Assembly (NCBI GenBank): GCA_024679065.1 | Contig: JAGIQG010000010.1 | Location: 75,702,001-75,766,000, forward strand | Source of the DNA: Sphyrna mokarran | Taxonomy: Eukaryota | DNA: 64,000 nt | Direction of reading: 5' to 3' | Shown here: positions 26,778 through 39,760 of the stretch, piece by piece | Position numbering within the stretch: the stretch's first letter is position 1 | How the letters are laid out: each line of letters opens with the position of its first letter | The notes under the pieces: generated by a model | Told to the model about the DNA's origin: nothing | Databases searched by the model: none | Seen by the model: the letters and a program-made list of their open reading frames with translations, nothing else | Program-made: the position numbers and the translations under genes

Positions 26778-26980
26778 GGCGGGATTTTCCTTACAACCCA
26801 TCATATGTTTTACAGTAGTGGAGGTGACCTACCATTGCCTGTGCAGGATCTTCTGGTCCCGCCATTGTCAGCAGGACTTTTCGTTGAATGCACCTCTTGC
26901 TACTGGAAAACCTGCAGCAGGGGCATACCATTGGCAGAACTAAAAGATCCGCTGCCCTGAATGGCTGGAAAATTCTGGCC
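26778..26980. mobile_element. Short MITE with GGCGGGATTTTCC / GGAAAATTCTGGCC termini
   Basis: Imperfect terminal inverted repeats; related short elements at about 8785-8915 and 49992-50096. Confidence 0.6.
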
Positions 26981-27059
26981 TGTGTGTGCAACAAATTATA
27001 GCTTAACCAAATTGTTTACTATTTTTCAAGTACCAAGGAACAGAAAAAATCATTTCACA

Positions 27060-27545
27060 TGGGGAGACAATGACCTAGTGGTATAATCTCTAGACTATCA
27101 ATCCAGAAACTCAGCAAATGTTCAGAGGTCCCAGGATAAAAGCAAATTACTGCAGATGCTGGAATCTGAAACCAAAAGAGAAAATACTGGAAAATCTCAG
27201 CAGGTCTGGCAGCGTCTATAAAGAGAGGAAAGAGCTGAAATTTTGAGTCCAGATGATCCTTTGTTAAAGTTGACAAAGAGTCATCTTAGACTTGAAATGT
27301 CAGCTCTCTTCTCTCCTTAAAGATGCTGCCAGACCTGCTGAGAGTTTCTAGCATTTTCTCTTTTGGTTTCTAGGGACCAAGGTTTGAATCCCATCATGGC
27401 AGATGGTGGAATTTGAATTCAATTTAAAAAAAATCTGGAATTAAGAATCTACTGATGACCATGAAACCATAGTCAATTGTCGGTAAAACAAGGGTAACTT
27501 GGGATGGACAATAAATGCTGGCCATTCATCAGAATTGAATAAAAA
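27060..27545 (+). mobile_element. tRNA-derived SINE interrupted by a palindromic PLE insert
   Basis: A-box-like tgacctagtggt (27071) and B-box-like ggtttgaatccc (27381) are separated by the insert. Confidence 0.75.
27136..27370. mobile_element. Palindromic (head-to-head) Penelope-like terminal repeat
   Basis: gaaaccaaaagagaaaatactggaaaatctcagcaggtctggcagcgtct pairs with agatgctgccagacctgctgagagtttctagcattttctcttttggtttc; the centre lies near 27268. Confidence 0.75.
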
Positions 27546-28311
27546 AAATTCAATTTTCATTTTCAAGATTATTGTGCAACTGACCACAATTGTGAAACAT
27601 AACTCCACACAAGTAACGTAGGGTTAAAAAAAAAAGTTGCAGAGAGCATATAGTGTTCCCTATAGAGCAGAGACGCTTCTATAGGTGTGCAAACAAATGA
27701 AGGGTTTTGATAAGAATTATTATCTTGCACAGTGTAATTCTGTACAAGACACATCCAATGGACTTCATGAACTTTCCCAATTGTCAGAGAAGCTTCTCTT
27801 GAAACACCTTTATCATTTAGTTGGAATTAATTGGCCCACAGGAAATGATAAGGAAATCCTGTTTCCCGGATGTTTTTTTTTAAAATCATAGGAAATTCCC
27901 ACATCATGAAACAGGAAACTTTTTTTTAAAATGAGCATGACCATCTTGCTATTTTCATTGTAATCAGAGTGTCACAGTTACTGGATTTTGAAAGCAAATG
28001 TTCATATATTCATACTCACCGGAAAAGTATATGCAGCAACTATAACACAATGGCACTCCAATTATCATGTGAGCAAGACTTCGACTAGTAGTTCAGCTAA
28101 CATTCTTAAACAAAACAGAGAATGCTGGAAAAACTCAGCAGGTCACGTGCTACAAAAAGAAATGAAGGTATTCAAAATAAGGAAGGCAAGAATGTTGATC
28201 TTGTGTATAAAATATATATTGTAAGAAAATATTAGAAAAGCTCACAACCTACAATCTGGAAAGAAAGTAATTGAGGAAGGATCACATCAAAATTTAATAT
28301 AACTGAGTATT

Positions 28312-31300
28312 AGTACATAAGAGCATAAGTACATAAGGAGTAGGAGTAGACCATTCAGCCCCTAGACCCTGCTCCGCCATTCAATAAGATCATGGCTGAC
28401 CTGATAGTGGGTTCAGTTCCACTTACCCACTGCTCCACATAACCCTTAATTCCTTATTGGTTAAAAATCTATCTGTGACTTAAACACATTTAACGAGGTA
28501 GACTCTACTGCTTCATTGGGCAGAAAATTCCAAAGATTCACTACCCTCTGGGGGAAGAAATTCCTCCTCAACTCTGTTCCAAATTAACTCCTCCTTATTT
28601 TAAGGCTGTGCCCTCTAGTTCTTGTTTCCTTTCTGAGTGGACATAATCTCTCTGCTTCTACCCTGTCTAGCTCCTTCATTATCTTATATGTCTCTATAAA
28701 CAACCCCCTAGCCTTTTAAACATCAGTGAATACAGGCCCAGTCTACTCGATCTCTCCTCATAAGCTAACCCCCTCATCTTTCTCTATACCCCCTCCAAAG
28801 CTAATATATCCTTTCTTAAATAAGGGGACCAAAACTGTGCACAATACTCTAAGTGCGGCCTCACCAGTATCTTGTACAGTTGCAGCATGACCTCTCTGCT
28901 TTTATACTCCATCTCTCTTGCAATAAAGGCCAACATTCTATTTGCCTTCTTGATTACCTACTGCACCTGCAAACTGAGTTTTTGTGATTCATGCACAAGG
29001 ACCCCCAGGTCCCTCTGTAATTTTTCACCATTTAAATAATAGCCCATTTTACTATTATTCCTTCCAAAGTGGATAACCTCACACTTACCAACATTATACT
29101 CCATCTGCCAGATCCTTGCCCATCCAGTTAGCCTATCCAAATCTCTCTGCAGAGTTTATGTCCTCCACGCAATTTGCTTTCCTATTCATCTTTGTGTCAT
29201 CAGCAAACTTTGTTACCCTACATTTGGTCCCCTCCTCCAGATCATCTCTGTATATGGTCAACAGTTGAGCCCCCGCAGCGATTCCTGCAGCACATCACTA
29301 GTCACTGATTGCCAAACGGAAAAGCATCCATTTACTCTGACTCTCTGCTTTCTGTTAGATAGCCAATTCTCAATCCACGCTAAAACTTTACCCCCAACTC
29401 CGTGAACCCTTATCTTATGCAGCAACCTTTTGTGAGGCACTTTGTTGAATGCCTTCTGGAAATCTAAATACACCACATCTATCAGTTCCCCTCTGTCAAC
29501 CACATTTGTTATATCCTCATAAAATTCCAGTAAATTAGTCAAACATGACTTTCCCTTTATGAATCCATGCTGGATCTGCTTGATTGAACCATTCTTTTCT
29601 AGGTGTCCTCATAATTCTTCCTTAATGATAGATTCTAGCATTTTTCCAACTACGGATGTTAAGATAATCAGTTTGTAGTTACCTGCCTTTTGTCAACCTC
29701 CTTTTTTAAACAGCGGTGTTATATTATGTTTTCTAATCAACTGGCACCTCCCCAGAGTCCAGTGAATTTTGATAAATTACAACTAATGCATTTGCTATTA
29801 CTGCTGCCGTTTCTTTTAGTACCCTGGGATGCATTCCATCCAAACCAGGGGACTTGTCTATCTTTAGTGTAATTAGCCTACCCAGCACTATCTCTTTAGT
29901 AATAGTGATCGTTTTAAGGTCCTCACCCCTTACAGTCCCATGACTGTCAATTATTGGTATGCTATTTGTGTTCTCCACTGTGAAGACTGACACAAAAAAC
30001 TTGTTTAAAGCCTCGGCCATTTCCTCGTTTCCCATTATTAAACCACCCTTCTCATCTTCTAAGGGTCCAACATTTACTTTAACCACTCTTTTCCGTTTTA
30101 TATATTTGTAAAAACTTTTACTAACAGTTTTTATATTTTGTGCTAGTTTATCTTCATAGTCTATCTTTGCTTTCTTTATTGCTTTCTTAGTAGTTCTTTA
30201 TTGTTTTTTAAAGCTTTCTCAATCTTGTAGTTCCCCACTAATTTTGGCCACACTGTATGCATTGGTTTTTAATTTGATACTCTCCTTTATTATCCATGAA
30301 TGGTTATCCATTTTCTTACATTAATTCTTTTTCACTGGAATATATTTTTGCTGAGTACTGAGAAAAATCTCTTAAAAATCCTCCACTGTTCCTCACCTGT
30401 CCCACCAATTAGTCTGTGTTCCCAGTCTACATTAGCTATCTCTGCCCTCATCCTATTGTAATCCCCCTTGTTCATGCAGAGGACACTGGTTTGGGGCCCT
30501 ACTTTCTCATCCTCCATCTGTATTAGAAATTCAACCATATTGTGATCACTCATTCCAAGAGGATCCTCACAAGGAGATCTTTAATTTTATCTGACTCATT
30601 ACACAAGACCAGATCCAAGATAGCTTGCTCCCTCATAGTTTCCTCGAACAATATGTTACAGAACCTATCTCGACAGCATTCTAAGAACTCTTCCCCAAGT
30701 CCACTGCATCCAACTTGAGTTGATCAACTAATATGGAGGTTAACATTCCCCGTGATTATTGCTGTTCCATTTTTACATGCATCTGTTATTTGTTTGTTTA
30801 TAGCCCACCCCACCTTGAAATTATTATTGGGGGACCTATACACTACGCCCACATTGACTTTTTCCCCTTACTATTCCTTACTTCCACCCACATTTATTCC
30901 ACATTTTGTTCTTTAGAGCCTCTATCTTCTCTGACTACTGCCCTGACGTTATCCTCAATTAACAGAGCTACCCCGCCCCCTTTTCCTTCCTGTCTATCGT
31001 TCCGAATTGTCTGATACCTCTGGATATTCAGTTCCCAGTCCTGGTCACCCTGCAACCACATTTCTGTAATGGCCACTAGATCATACCCGTTTGTACTGAT
31101 TTGTGCCGTCAACTCATTCACTTTGTTTCGAATGCTATGTGCATTCAGGTAAAGGTCTTCATGTTAATCTTTCTTACCTGGACCCGATTTGTTAGTGCAT
31201 TCCTTTGTTTGCATGCTCTGTCCCTTCCCGTCATAGACTGGTTATTCTTCCCCAGATTGTCCCCCTGCACTGCGTTGACCACCTCCTTCTCACGCTTGTC

Positions 31301-31703
31301 ACCTTTTTTTATTCTACCTGAGGTTAGATTCCTGTCACCTTCTATACTCTCTGTGTTATTATGTGGTCTGGAAACTTTACTAACCTCTCCTGAACTTAAC
31401 TAGTTGGAAGTCCTCATCATTAACCTGCACTCCTACCCTCTCCTTTATCTTTGATTTTGTAATTCTCCATACAACTGAACCCTCCCCCCCACTATTTAGT
31501 TTAAAGTCCTAGCTACAGCCTTAGTTAGATGATTCACCAGGACTCTGGTCCCAGCACGATTCAGATGAAGACTATCCCATCGGAACAGGTCCCCTCTTCC
31601 CCAATACTGGTGCCAAAGTCCCATGAATTCAAACGCATTCCTCCCACACCAATCTTTGAGCCATGCATTTACCTCAATCTTATTCACTCTGTGCCAATTC
31701 GCT
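28312..31703 (-). mobile_element. 3.4-kb degraded CR1 LINE with ORF1 C-terminus (SGNH esterase-like) and ORF2 (APE endonuclease and RT)
   Basis: ORF 31496..31735 VNAWLKDWC...DSLHLNRAG; 30894..31121 YDLVAITEMW...GGGVAL; 30332..30553 SDHNMVEF; 29258..29542 YLDFQKAFNKVPH; tail at 28312. Confidence 0.92.
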
Positions 31704-32130
31704 AATAGACTAGTAACAATAATTATAATAGACAAGCAACACAGTGATCATGGGTTAGATCTCACAAGTTCTAAACCCAATTTAAATACATCTGGTACTT
31801 GTGAACTAATATCAGAAAAGTGACCATAGGAACTGTCAAATTGTTATTAGAAGCCAAACTGGCTCACTATCATACTTCAGGGAAAGGAATCTGGTTCTCT
31901 TTACACAAATTCACAGTACATGATTTACTCCCACAAGGTAATTTGAGATGCTTAATAATTACTAGTCTTCCAGGGTCATTCATATCTTTCCAACATAACC
32001 CAAGGACCAAATTTGCTACAGACCAATGATGAGTAATGGAATAGTATGAATTTCCAATGCATGCAACATTCCAGCTGAATTATAAGTTGAGGCCCATGAA
32101 TATGTAATAAATTCAATACAGAGACTCTTT

Positions 32131-32999
32131 GGGCCAATTTTACCATTGCGTCGTGCCTGTTTTCGGTGTGAAAACATGGTATAGTCAGATGTGAGGCCAT
32201 TAATGCAATCTGCGCCCATGACCACTTTAGCGAGATGGGGGAATGGCCGCAATCTGATTTGCTCTCAAAATGGATGCAACAGCGATTTAAATGCAAGTAT
32301 TTCAATTGAATTAATGAACTGCCCACCCAACTTCAGATTATTCTCGGGGACTGGGGGGCATTGCAGATCATTGTCTGGTTGTGGGGGGTGGGTGGAGGGC
32401 AGATTGTTGTCTGGTGGGGGATGAGCAAGGCAAATCATTGTCTGGTTGTTGGGAGGAGAGAGGAGAGTCAGCTGTACCTCTGATGGCGGAGGAAAGTGAG
32501 GCCAGGTCATTATCTGGGAGAAGACAGGAGAGCAGATAAGATGCATCTCTGGTGATGTGGGGGGGGGGGGGGGGGGAGAGAGAGAGAGAGAGAGAAAGAG
32601 GCCAGGTAGATCTCTGGTAGAAGCAAGGGGGATGAAGGGGAGGGTCTGCTGCCACTCTGCTGGCGGTCAGGGGTGATGGTTGGGGGGGCGGTGGGCGGGG
32701 GGATCGCAAATCAGTCTAGGTAGTGGCGAGATGGGTGGATAAGGGGACAGTTATGTCTTTGGGGGCCATCATTCCCGCTTTTCGCTCCTGGATTGCTATT
32801 TGACACGGGCACACTTTTTCAGATCTTTTTCTAACAGCACATGTGCAGTTCAGAGCTCCAATTGTTTTGCGTGAATTAAGCTCCACCCACAGCATGATTC
32901 AACTAAATGCGTATGGGGATGCCTGAAAGCAGATTTCCAAGTCGGATCTGAATTTTTTCCAGATTCAGCACTTAGAATGAAAATGGTAAAATCAGGCCC
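32131..32999. mobile_element. Non-autonomous TIR element (MITE) with an internal G-run and (GA)n
   Basis: Termini gggccaattttaccatt and aatggtaaaatcaggccc; poly-G and GA tract at 32559-32596. Confidence 0.7.
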
Positions 33000-33299
33000 C
33001 TTGTGTGCTTGTCCTGGAATGTTGAGTTTAAAGAGAAATCAGTAAATGCCTCTTGAGCCTCACATCTGTGTCTGTTACTCTACTGTCCATTCAAATGGAT
33101 ATTTCAAACCTTTTGTTACAATTACCTTACCTTCATTTGCTATTTTACTAACCTGGCTGTACAGCTGCCAATATCACCTCTCCCTTGATTTGTTGATCAG
33201 CCCCAAGAACTAGAAACAACTCTGGTCTGTGCCTCAAATGTTTCTGTTATGATGACCACAAGGGAATCATCAATAGATTTCTCTATGGACCTCGTAGTG

Positions 33300-35690
33300 G
33301 GTGGGGGGGAACTAAGCATTTTCGAAGTTTGGACATGAGCCATGCATATCTCCAACTTGAATTAGACAAGTTGTCCCAAAAGTGTGTGACAATTAATACA
33401 CACGACTACACTTGCTTATCATTTGGGGTCTCATCTGCATGTGCCATTTTTCAACTGGTCATGGAAAACATACTCCAAGGGTTACTTCAGGTAGCAGTGT
33501 TTCTAGATGATACTTTGGTTGCAGGAGCTTCTGAATGAGAATGCCTAATGAATCTGGAAGAGATCTTCTTATAGTGATTTTTGGAAGTCTGAGTATGCCT
33601 GAAAAGGAAAAAATGCATCTTCCAAGCATGATCCATGACCCATTTGGGATATCAGGTGAATGGCATGGACATTCATCCTGTGGAGGACAAAGTGAGGGCC
33701 ATCAAGGAGCTACCACCTCCAAGCAATCCCATGGAATTGAAATTCTTCCTGGGGTTAGTGAATTATTATGGGAAATTTACTCTGAGCTTAGCTTCTTACT
33801 ACTGGCTTCCATGCATACCCTACTACAGAAACATCAAAGGTGGGCCTGGGAGGAATCACAGCTGAAAGCTTTCAACACCGCTAAACAGACATATTTGATC
33901 TCAGTTATTGGTCCATTTTGAACGCAAAAAGAACTTTATCTTGATATGTGATGCCTTCCCTTACAGGATTGGGGTGCGGGTGGTACTGACATATTGCTGG
34001 AGACATGTAACAGAGAAGCCACTTGCATATACATCTAGGACCCTTTTGGACACTAAGCAGAGGTACTCCTAGACTGAGAAAGAAGGGTTGGCAAACAAAG
34101 AAGAAGAAGTTGTCTGGTGTTAAAATAGTCCATCAACATGCCTATAGTAGATGTTCATCATAATAACTGATCATAAGCCATTATTGGCACTTTTTAAAGA
34201 AGACAACACAATACCTCCATTGCCTCCATCCAGATACAGCATTGGACCCTGTTACTGGCAGCTTACGAATGTCTCCTTGAGCACTGTCTCAGGATCTGGA
34301 TCGCTAATACTGAGGCGCTGAGTCATCTATCATTTACCATTGGCCTGGCTTTGCTACCAGCTGTGGAAGAGTCATGAAGACCCTCAATTTTGTCTGCGCC
34401 TTGCTGGTGTTTGCAAGACAAATCAAAGCCTCGATACAAAAGGCCCTAGTCTTATCTAAATTAAAACATATAATATTACATGAGGGATTGAGAGGACAGC
34501 CCTCACATTAAATAAAACAATACATGATAAAAAAACAAGCTCAACGTTGATGATGGCGTCATCCTCTGGGGTTTCTGGGATCCCTTGCCCAGGGCAACGT
34601 CCAATATTTATAGAATTATACCATAATCACCCTGGGATTTGAAAGATGAAAATGCTAGCCAGCAGCTACATATGGTGGCCCAGGCTTGATGCAAACTTTA
34701 TCAACTTGGTTATACAGTGTGAGTTGTGCCAAGAGGATCAAACACACCCCTCTTTTGCTCCCTACATCCATGGGAATGGCCTGGTAGCACTGGATGAGAG
34801 TAAATATGAACTCTGCTGGGCTTTTTATTGGTTCTGTGCTCTTAATTATGGTTGACAAGCATGGATGGAGATATATTGCATGTGGTGGAACCACTTCCCA
34901 TACTACCACTGATAAACTACAACAATTTTTGCATGCATAGGATACCTGAAATCCTGATCTCTGATGATACACTGCCTTTACAAGCACCAAATTTCAAATT
35001 TTCCAATGGAATCAAACACGTTAGCACAGCTCCTTATCCTGTCATCAAATAAGTTGATGAATCAATGGTGCAGATTTTTAAGCTGTGCATGAAGAGCAAG
35101 CCACAAGGGTCCATAGAGTCCAAACTGGTGCAACTTTTATTTGAATACAGGACTATCCCTCACACAACGACAAGAATTGCCCCAGCAGAATTGTTAATAG
35201 AATGAAAGCTTCAGACAATATTAAAACTATTGTTACCAAACCTGGCAGGGAGGGTGGAGTCTCAAAAAGAAAACCAGAAGAAGAATTATGATAATGCAAG
35301 GAATGTTCACAATCAGTAACCAGTCCTTGTGAGAAACTTCAGGGATGGTGTAGTTGACTCCTGGGATCATGACAAAAAACAGGGCCTGTGTCTTATAATG
35401 CCCAAGTGCAGGGAAAAAGTGGCAGGAAGTCTCTGGACCACCTCAAGAGTAAGGAACCTGTGCCAGTGCATGCCTCATTACCAACCATGGAGATGATCAT
35501 TGCCAGTGTTAAGCCATGACTAGAAGTCAATCCTATGCCCGCCTCTTCGGTTGATGGAGATGTGGATTCTGAGCTAGACGCAGAAGAGACCAGCATCCCA
35601 AGTGAACGAAGACCTCAGGAAGAACCAACATCTGTGGCTCCCATGTTCATTTTGGAAGCAAATGTCTGCAATTCACTTTACACCCTCTGA
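33300..35690 (+). mobile_element. Degraded Gypsy LTR-retrotransposon pol (RT, RNase H, integrase); no LTR recognised
   Basis: LDMSHAYLQ...FGVSSACAIFQ...FLDDTLV; FLGLVNYYGKF; CDAFPYRIG; TDHKPLL; HPGI..MKMLASSYIWWP...CELCQ zinc-binding region; YRTIPHTTT. Confidence 0.88.
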
Positions 35691-36636
35691 TCTGGCCTGG
35701 CCTCCAAATCAACCCTGGACCAATCACTCTCTGATTGTATAGTGATTTTCTAAAAATCCTGCCATTACTTCTTGATAATAGATTGTGGCATTTTTCCAAT
35801 GACAGACATTAGGTTAACTGGCCTGTTAGCAAAAGAAAACTGCTTCCCATCTCTTTTCTTCGTTGTGCACACGTTATATTTTTGATTTTTCAATTTGAGA
35901 TCTTTTCAATTCTAGGATCTTTCCATAATCTGAGAAATTGTATTATAACCAACATCTCTGAAGGCACTTCTTTTAACATCCTAGGATGCAAGCCATTAGG
36001 TGCAGGAGAATTGTCAGCGTATATTCCCATCTACATTTTTATTACTTTTCCTCGAATTATAGCAATTTTTTCTTTTACATATATTGGCCTCATTATTGTC
36101 TTGAACCACTTAAATTATGAGATGGCAACATTGACTGTAAAATACGCATCAGCCTTTAATAGGAGCAGAAACTGTGGATAATGTGATCTTCAATCACATT
36201 GTAATATATAACACTTGGCACCAACTTTACTAATAAGTAATAAAGAAATTACTAAAGTAAAGAGTTGACTCTTGCAGATTCCCCAGGCATTATTTTTTGC
36301 TGATGGATCTGAATCCCAATGAGCAAAGGAGTCAAACATTGGAATGCCTACATTTATAATTTTACTACTGATGACAGGATGCACTCTTGCTATTGCTCAC
36401 TTAATCTTTCCAAAAAGAAATCTAACATTACATTGCACAAATAATCTGAACCATTTGATTGTACTATAGTATTGTATCAAACTCCAATTATATTACCTTT
36501 CTTTTCATGCTCTATCATTCTGCCTTATTTTCCATTACTTATTGATTCTCAGTCTACATCTCACTACACATTAATCCCCTAAATGTAAGTGACAGAGTGG
36601 AAAATGTAAGTTTTGAGAAGTGATTTTAAAATTCAC

Positions 36637-36960
36637 CTGTGGCTCAATAAGGTTATTAAAAGAGTAACTGAACTCAAAAGACCTGAATGTCCCAAGTTTG
36701 GCCCTAACTGGAGTGGACTTCAGCAGCGCAATGATGAAACTACAAAAATAGGCTTTAGAAACAAAAGGAAAAACATATTAGTCTAGAAAGACGAGTATGT
36801 TAATGTTGAATGAGGAACAGGTTGGGCTCAGGCTTGGCTGTGATGCCACTGCAACTGAATAGCTTGGTAAAACTCAATAATCAACAATTCACACTTTGAA
36901 AGGTGTGGGTTCCTTGATGAGAAAAACTTCCATTACTTGCCAGAGAAAATAGGGTGGGAA
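36637..36960 (+). mobile_element. Ancient LF-SINE-like relic
   Basis: gttgaatgaggaacaggttgggctcaggcttggctgtgatgccactgcaactgaatagc resembles my recollection of the LF-SINE core; tRNA-like head ctgtggctcaat. Confidence 0.45.
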
Positions 36961-37519
36961 AAGCAATGAAGAAAGTAATTTACAATTTATAAATTGATGG
37001 GAAACATCAGTTCCTATGATTATAAATCTTACTTAACACCAGCAGAACATTACGCTACTTTTCAAATTAGAGATGGAACAAAACCATTTAAAACACGTTA
37101 AGCAGCTTTTACCAATTTGGCTATTTACTATGTTAAATGCAAAACTTATCAAAGGACATGACCATATGAACCAAGTTTTTTATTTGTTAGGGATTTGGAA
37201 ATTAGAGGTTAACAGTAAACTTGAAATGAAAACAAAAATAACAGATGAGTGACAAGATTATCAGGCATCTATTATTTTCCCAGCAACAAGATTAGCTGGC
37301 ATCTAGTGAAACTGGAGATGCAAATTGCCATTTCAGAAACACTGTTTACCAGAAATCACCTGGGCTATACAAATGATACATTCTAAAAGGTAAGGAATTT
37401 GAGAGCTAGGCAACCAAATTCAAAGTGGGAATATCAAAGCGACTGAATAGCAATACTGCTAGCATCCTTGTTGGGTGAAACTTAGTTTTCCATCCCATAG
37501 CCAGACAGATCAAAATTGT

Positions 37520-38410
37520 GTTCATTTTGGAAGGGAAAACAAAAAAAAAGTATTATTTAAACATAGAAAAAAAAACTGCAGGAAGCTGCAACACAAATGA
37601 ACTTGGGAATACTTATGCATGAAGCACAAAGCTAGCACACAGATGAACTAGGTAATCAGTTCAGGAATGGTTCCAGGAAGCCAAATGGAACATTGGTCTT
37701 TATTTCAAGATGCTTGGAGAATAAGAGTAGGGATGTCTTGCCGCAACTGTAAAATGTACAAGATACTAGTGAGACCATATCTGGAGTACTGTTAGCAGTT
37801 TGGGTTCCCTTATTTAAGCAAATATATTATTTCATTGGAGAAGGTTCACTAGGATGATAGAAATATAAAAATTGTAGCAGGAATAAGCTAGTCAAACCTT
37901 CAAGCCTGCTCCACCATTCATTTTGGCCATGGCTGATCTCCAATATGGAGAGACTGTCTTACGAAGTAAGGTTAAATAGGTTGAAACTCTACTCATCAGA
38001 ATTTAGAAGAATCAGAGGCGATTTCATTGAAACATATAGATTTCTTAAAGAGCTTGGCAGAGTAAATGTGGAGAGGATATTTCCCCTCATTGTTGAGTCT
38101 AGGACCAGAGGCCATAGTCTCAGAAAAAAGGGGCGCCAATTTAAGATTGAGATGAGGAATTCCTTCTCTCAGAGAGTTGAGAGTCTTTAAAACTCCTTGC
38201 CATAGAGAGTGATGAGGGCAGAGTTCTTGTTTATACTTAAGGCTGAGATAGATCATTTTTGATCAGTAAAGGAATCAACAATGACTATAGGGTAACGGCA
38301 GGAAGGTGGGCATGAGGAATGTCGTCAGATCAGTCACGAACCTATTGAACGGCAGAACAGGCTTGAGAGGCTGAACAACCTACTCCTGTTCATATTTCTT
38401 ATGGGCTTAT
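37520..38410 (+). mobile_element. Degraded CR1 ORF2 C-terminus and 3' tail
   Basis: ORF 37945..38190 LSYEVRLNRLKLYSSEFRRIRGDFIETY...SRTRGHSL; tail acctactcctgttcatatttcttatg. Confidence 0.85.
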
Positions 38411-38469
38411 TTATTCTCTAATTAAATATCAGGATGACCAAAACCACAAAGTAATTTCCTAATCATTGA

Positions 38470-38950
38470 TTTCAAATTGCTCCTAACTACTGTTTGCAAC
38501 CAGATTGTCCTGTCTGTCTAATATGTACTATCCAGATCGCCTAGTACCCATGTATGTGCTGGCATACATTGACTCTGAGCTCACCAACACTGCAGGTTTA
38601 AAATTCTGATCCTAAGATTCAATTCATCTGTGGCCTCACCTGTTCCTAATTCTGGAACCTTCGCCAGCCTTTCAACCCAAGAACTTTGTACTCTTCCAAA
38701 TTTGGCCACGTTCGCCAGTCCCTATTTGCATCACCTTAACAATGGCAGATGGCATTGAAGTCTCAATATCTGGAGTTTCCCCTCTAACATCACTAATTCT
38801 TCCCACTTTCTCCACCTTTACAACCCTTCTTAAACTCTATTGCTTGATCAATTTTTAATTGCCTACGATTGCTTCTTTGCAACGCAGTCAGTCTTTGTCT
38901 GTTTACCTTGTGATATTTGCCTAGGCTGTATAAATGCAAATTGTTATTAT
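38470..38950 (+). mobile_element. L2-like LINE 3' fragment
   Basis: ggtttaaaattctgatcc remnant and a 3' end ggctgtataaatgcaaattgttatt. Confidence 0.55.
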
Positions 38951-39119
38951 TGCAACAGTCACCCTTTTGTTGTTTAGAACAGTTGGGGAGGGAAATCTTG
39001 AGAGAAAAAGACGTGAGGAAAGAAGAGGGAAAGAGAGAGAGAGAGAATAAAAATAAATGAGAAAGAATAAAGAAACAAAATATGTATGAACGGATGAGGA
39101 AGAATGAATATCCTATAAT

Positions 39120-39760
39120 CAGGGTTTGTGAAATGATCAACAAGGTTTTCTGCCTTCTGGAATCAACCATCTGCAATTGTTACAATTGTGCAAGGAATTG
39201 TCAGACCATACCTGGAGTAGTATATCCAGTTTTGGTCTCCTTACTTGACAAAGGATGTGGTGGCAATGGAGGCAGTTCAAAAAGGTTCACCAGATTGATT
39301 CCAGGGATGAAAGCGCTGTCATATAAGGAGCAGTTGAATAGCTCAGGCTTATACTCATTGGAATTCAGAAGAACGAGCATAGATTCGGTTGCAGGGGGGT
39401 GCGGGGACAGGAGTTCTGATTGATGTATATCCAATGCTTGAGAGGATTCATAAGGTGGCTGGTGTACAACAAGAGGTCATACATATACAGAGTGAAAGGA
39501 GGTAGTTTCAAAATTGAGATGAGGCGAAACTCCTTCTTTCAGAGGGTAGTGCATTTGCGGAACTCTGCAAAGAATGCAGTGGAGAGAGTCGATCAGATTC
39601 AAGAAAGAAATAAATAAGTTCCTGATGAAAAGCAGGATAAAGTGCTATGGGAAACAAGCAGGAAAGTGGAATTGAAATCAGGATTAGATAGTCATGACCA
39701 CATTAAATGATGAGGCAAACTCAAATCTGAAATGCCTACTCCTGCTCCTGATTCCTATTA
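39120..39760 (+). mobile_element. Degraded CR1 3' fragment
   Basis: RFTRLIPGMKALSYKEQLNSSGLYSLEFRR in ORF 39082..39423; tail gcctactcctgctcctgattcctat. Confidence 0.8.

Noticed and set aside
32559-32596. Poly-G/(GA)n tract as a regulatory G-quadruplex
   Set aside because: Lies inside a MITE; simple-sequence expansion with no evidence of function.
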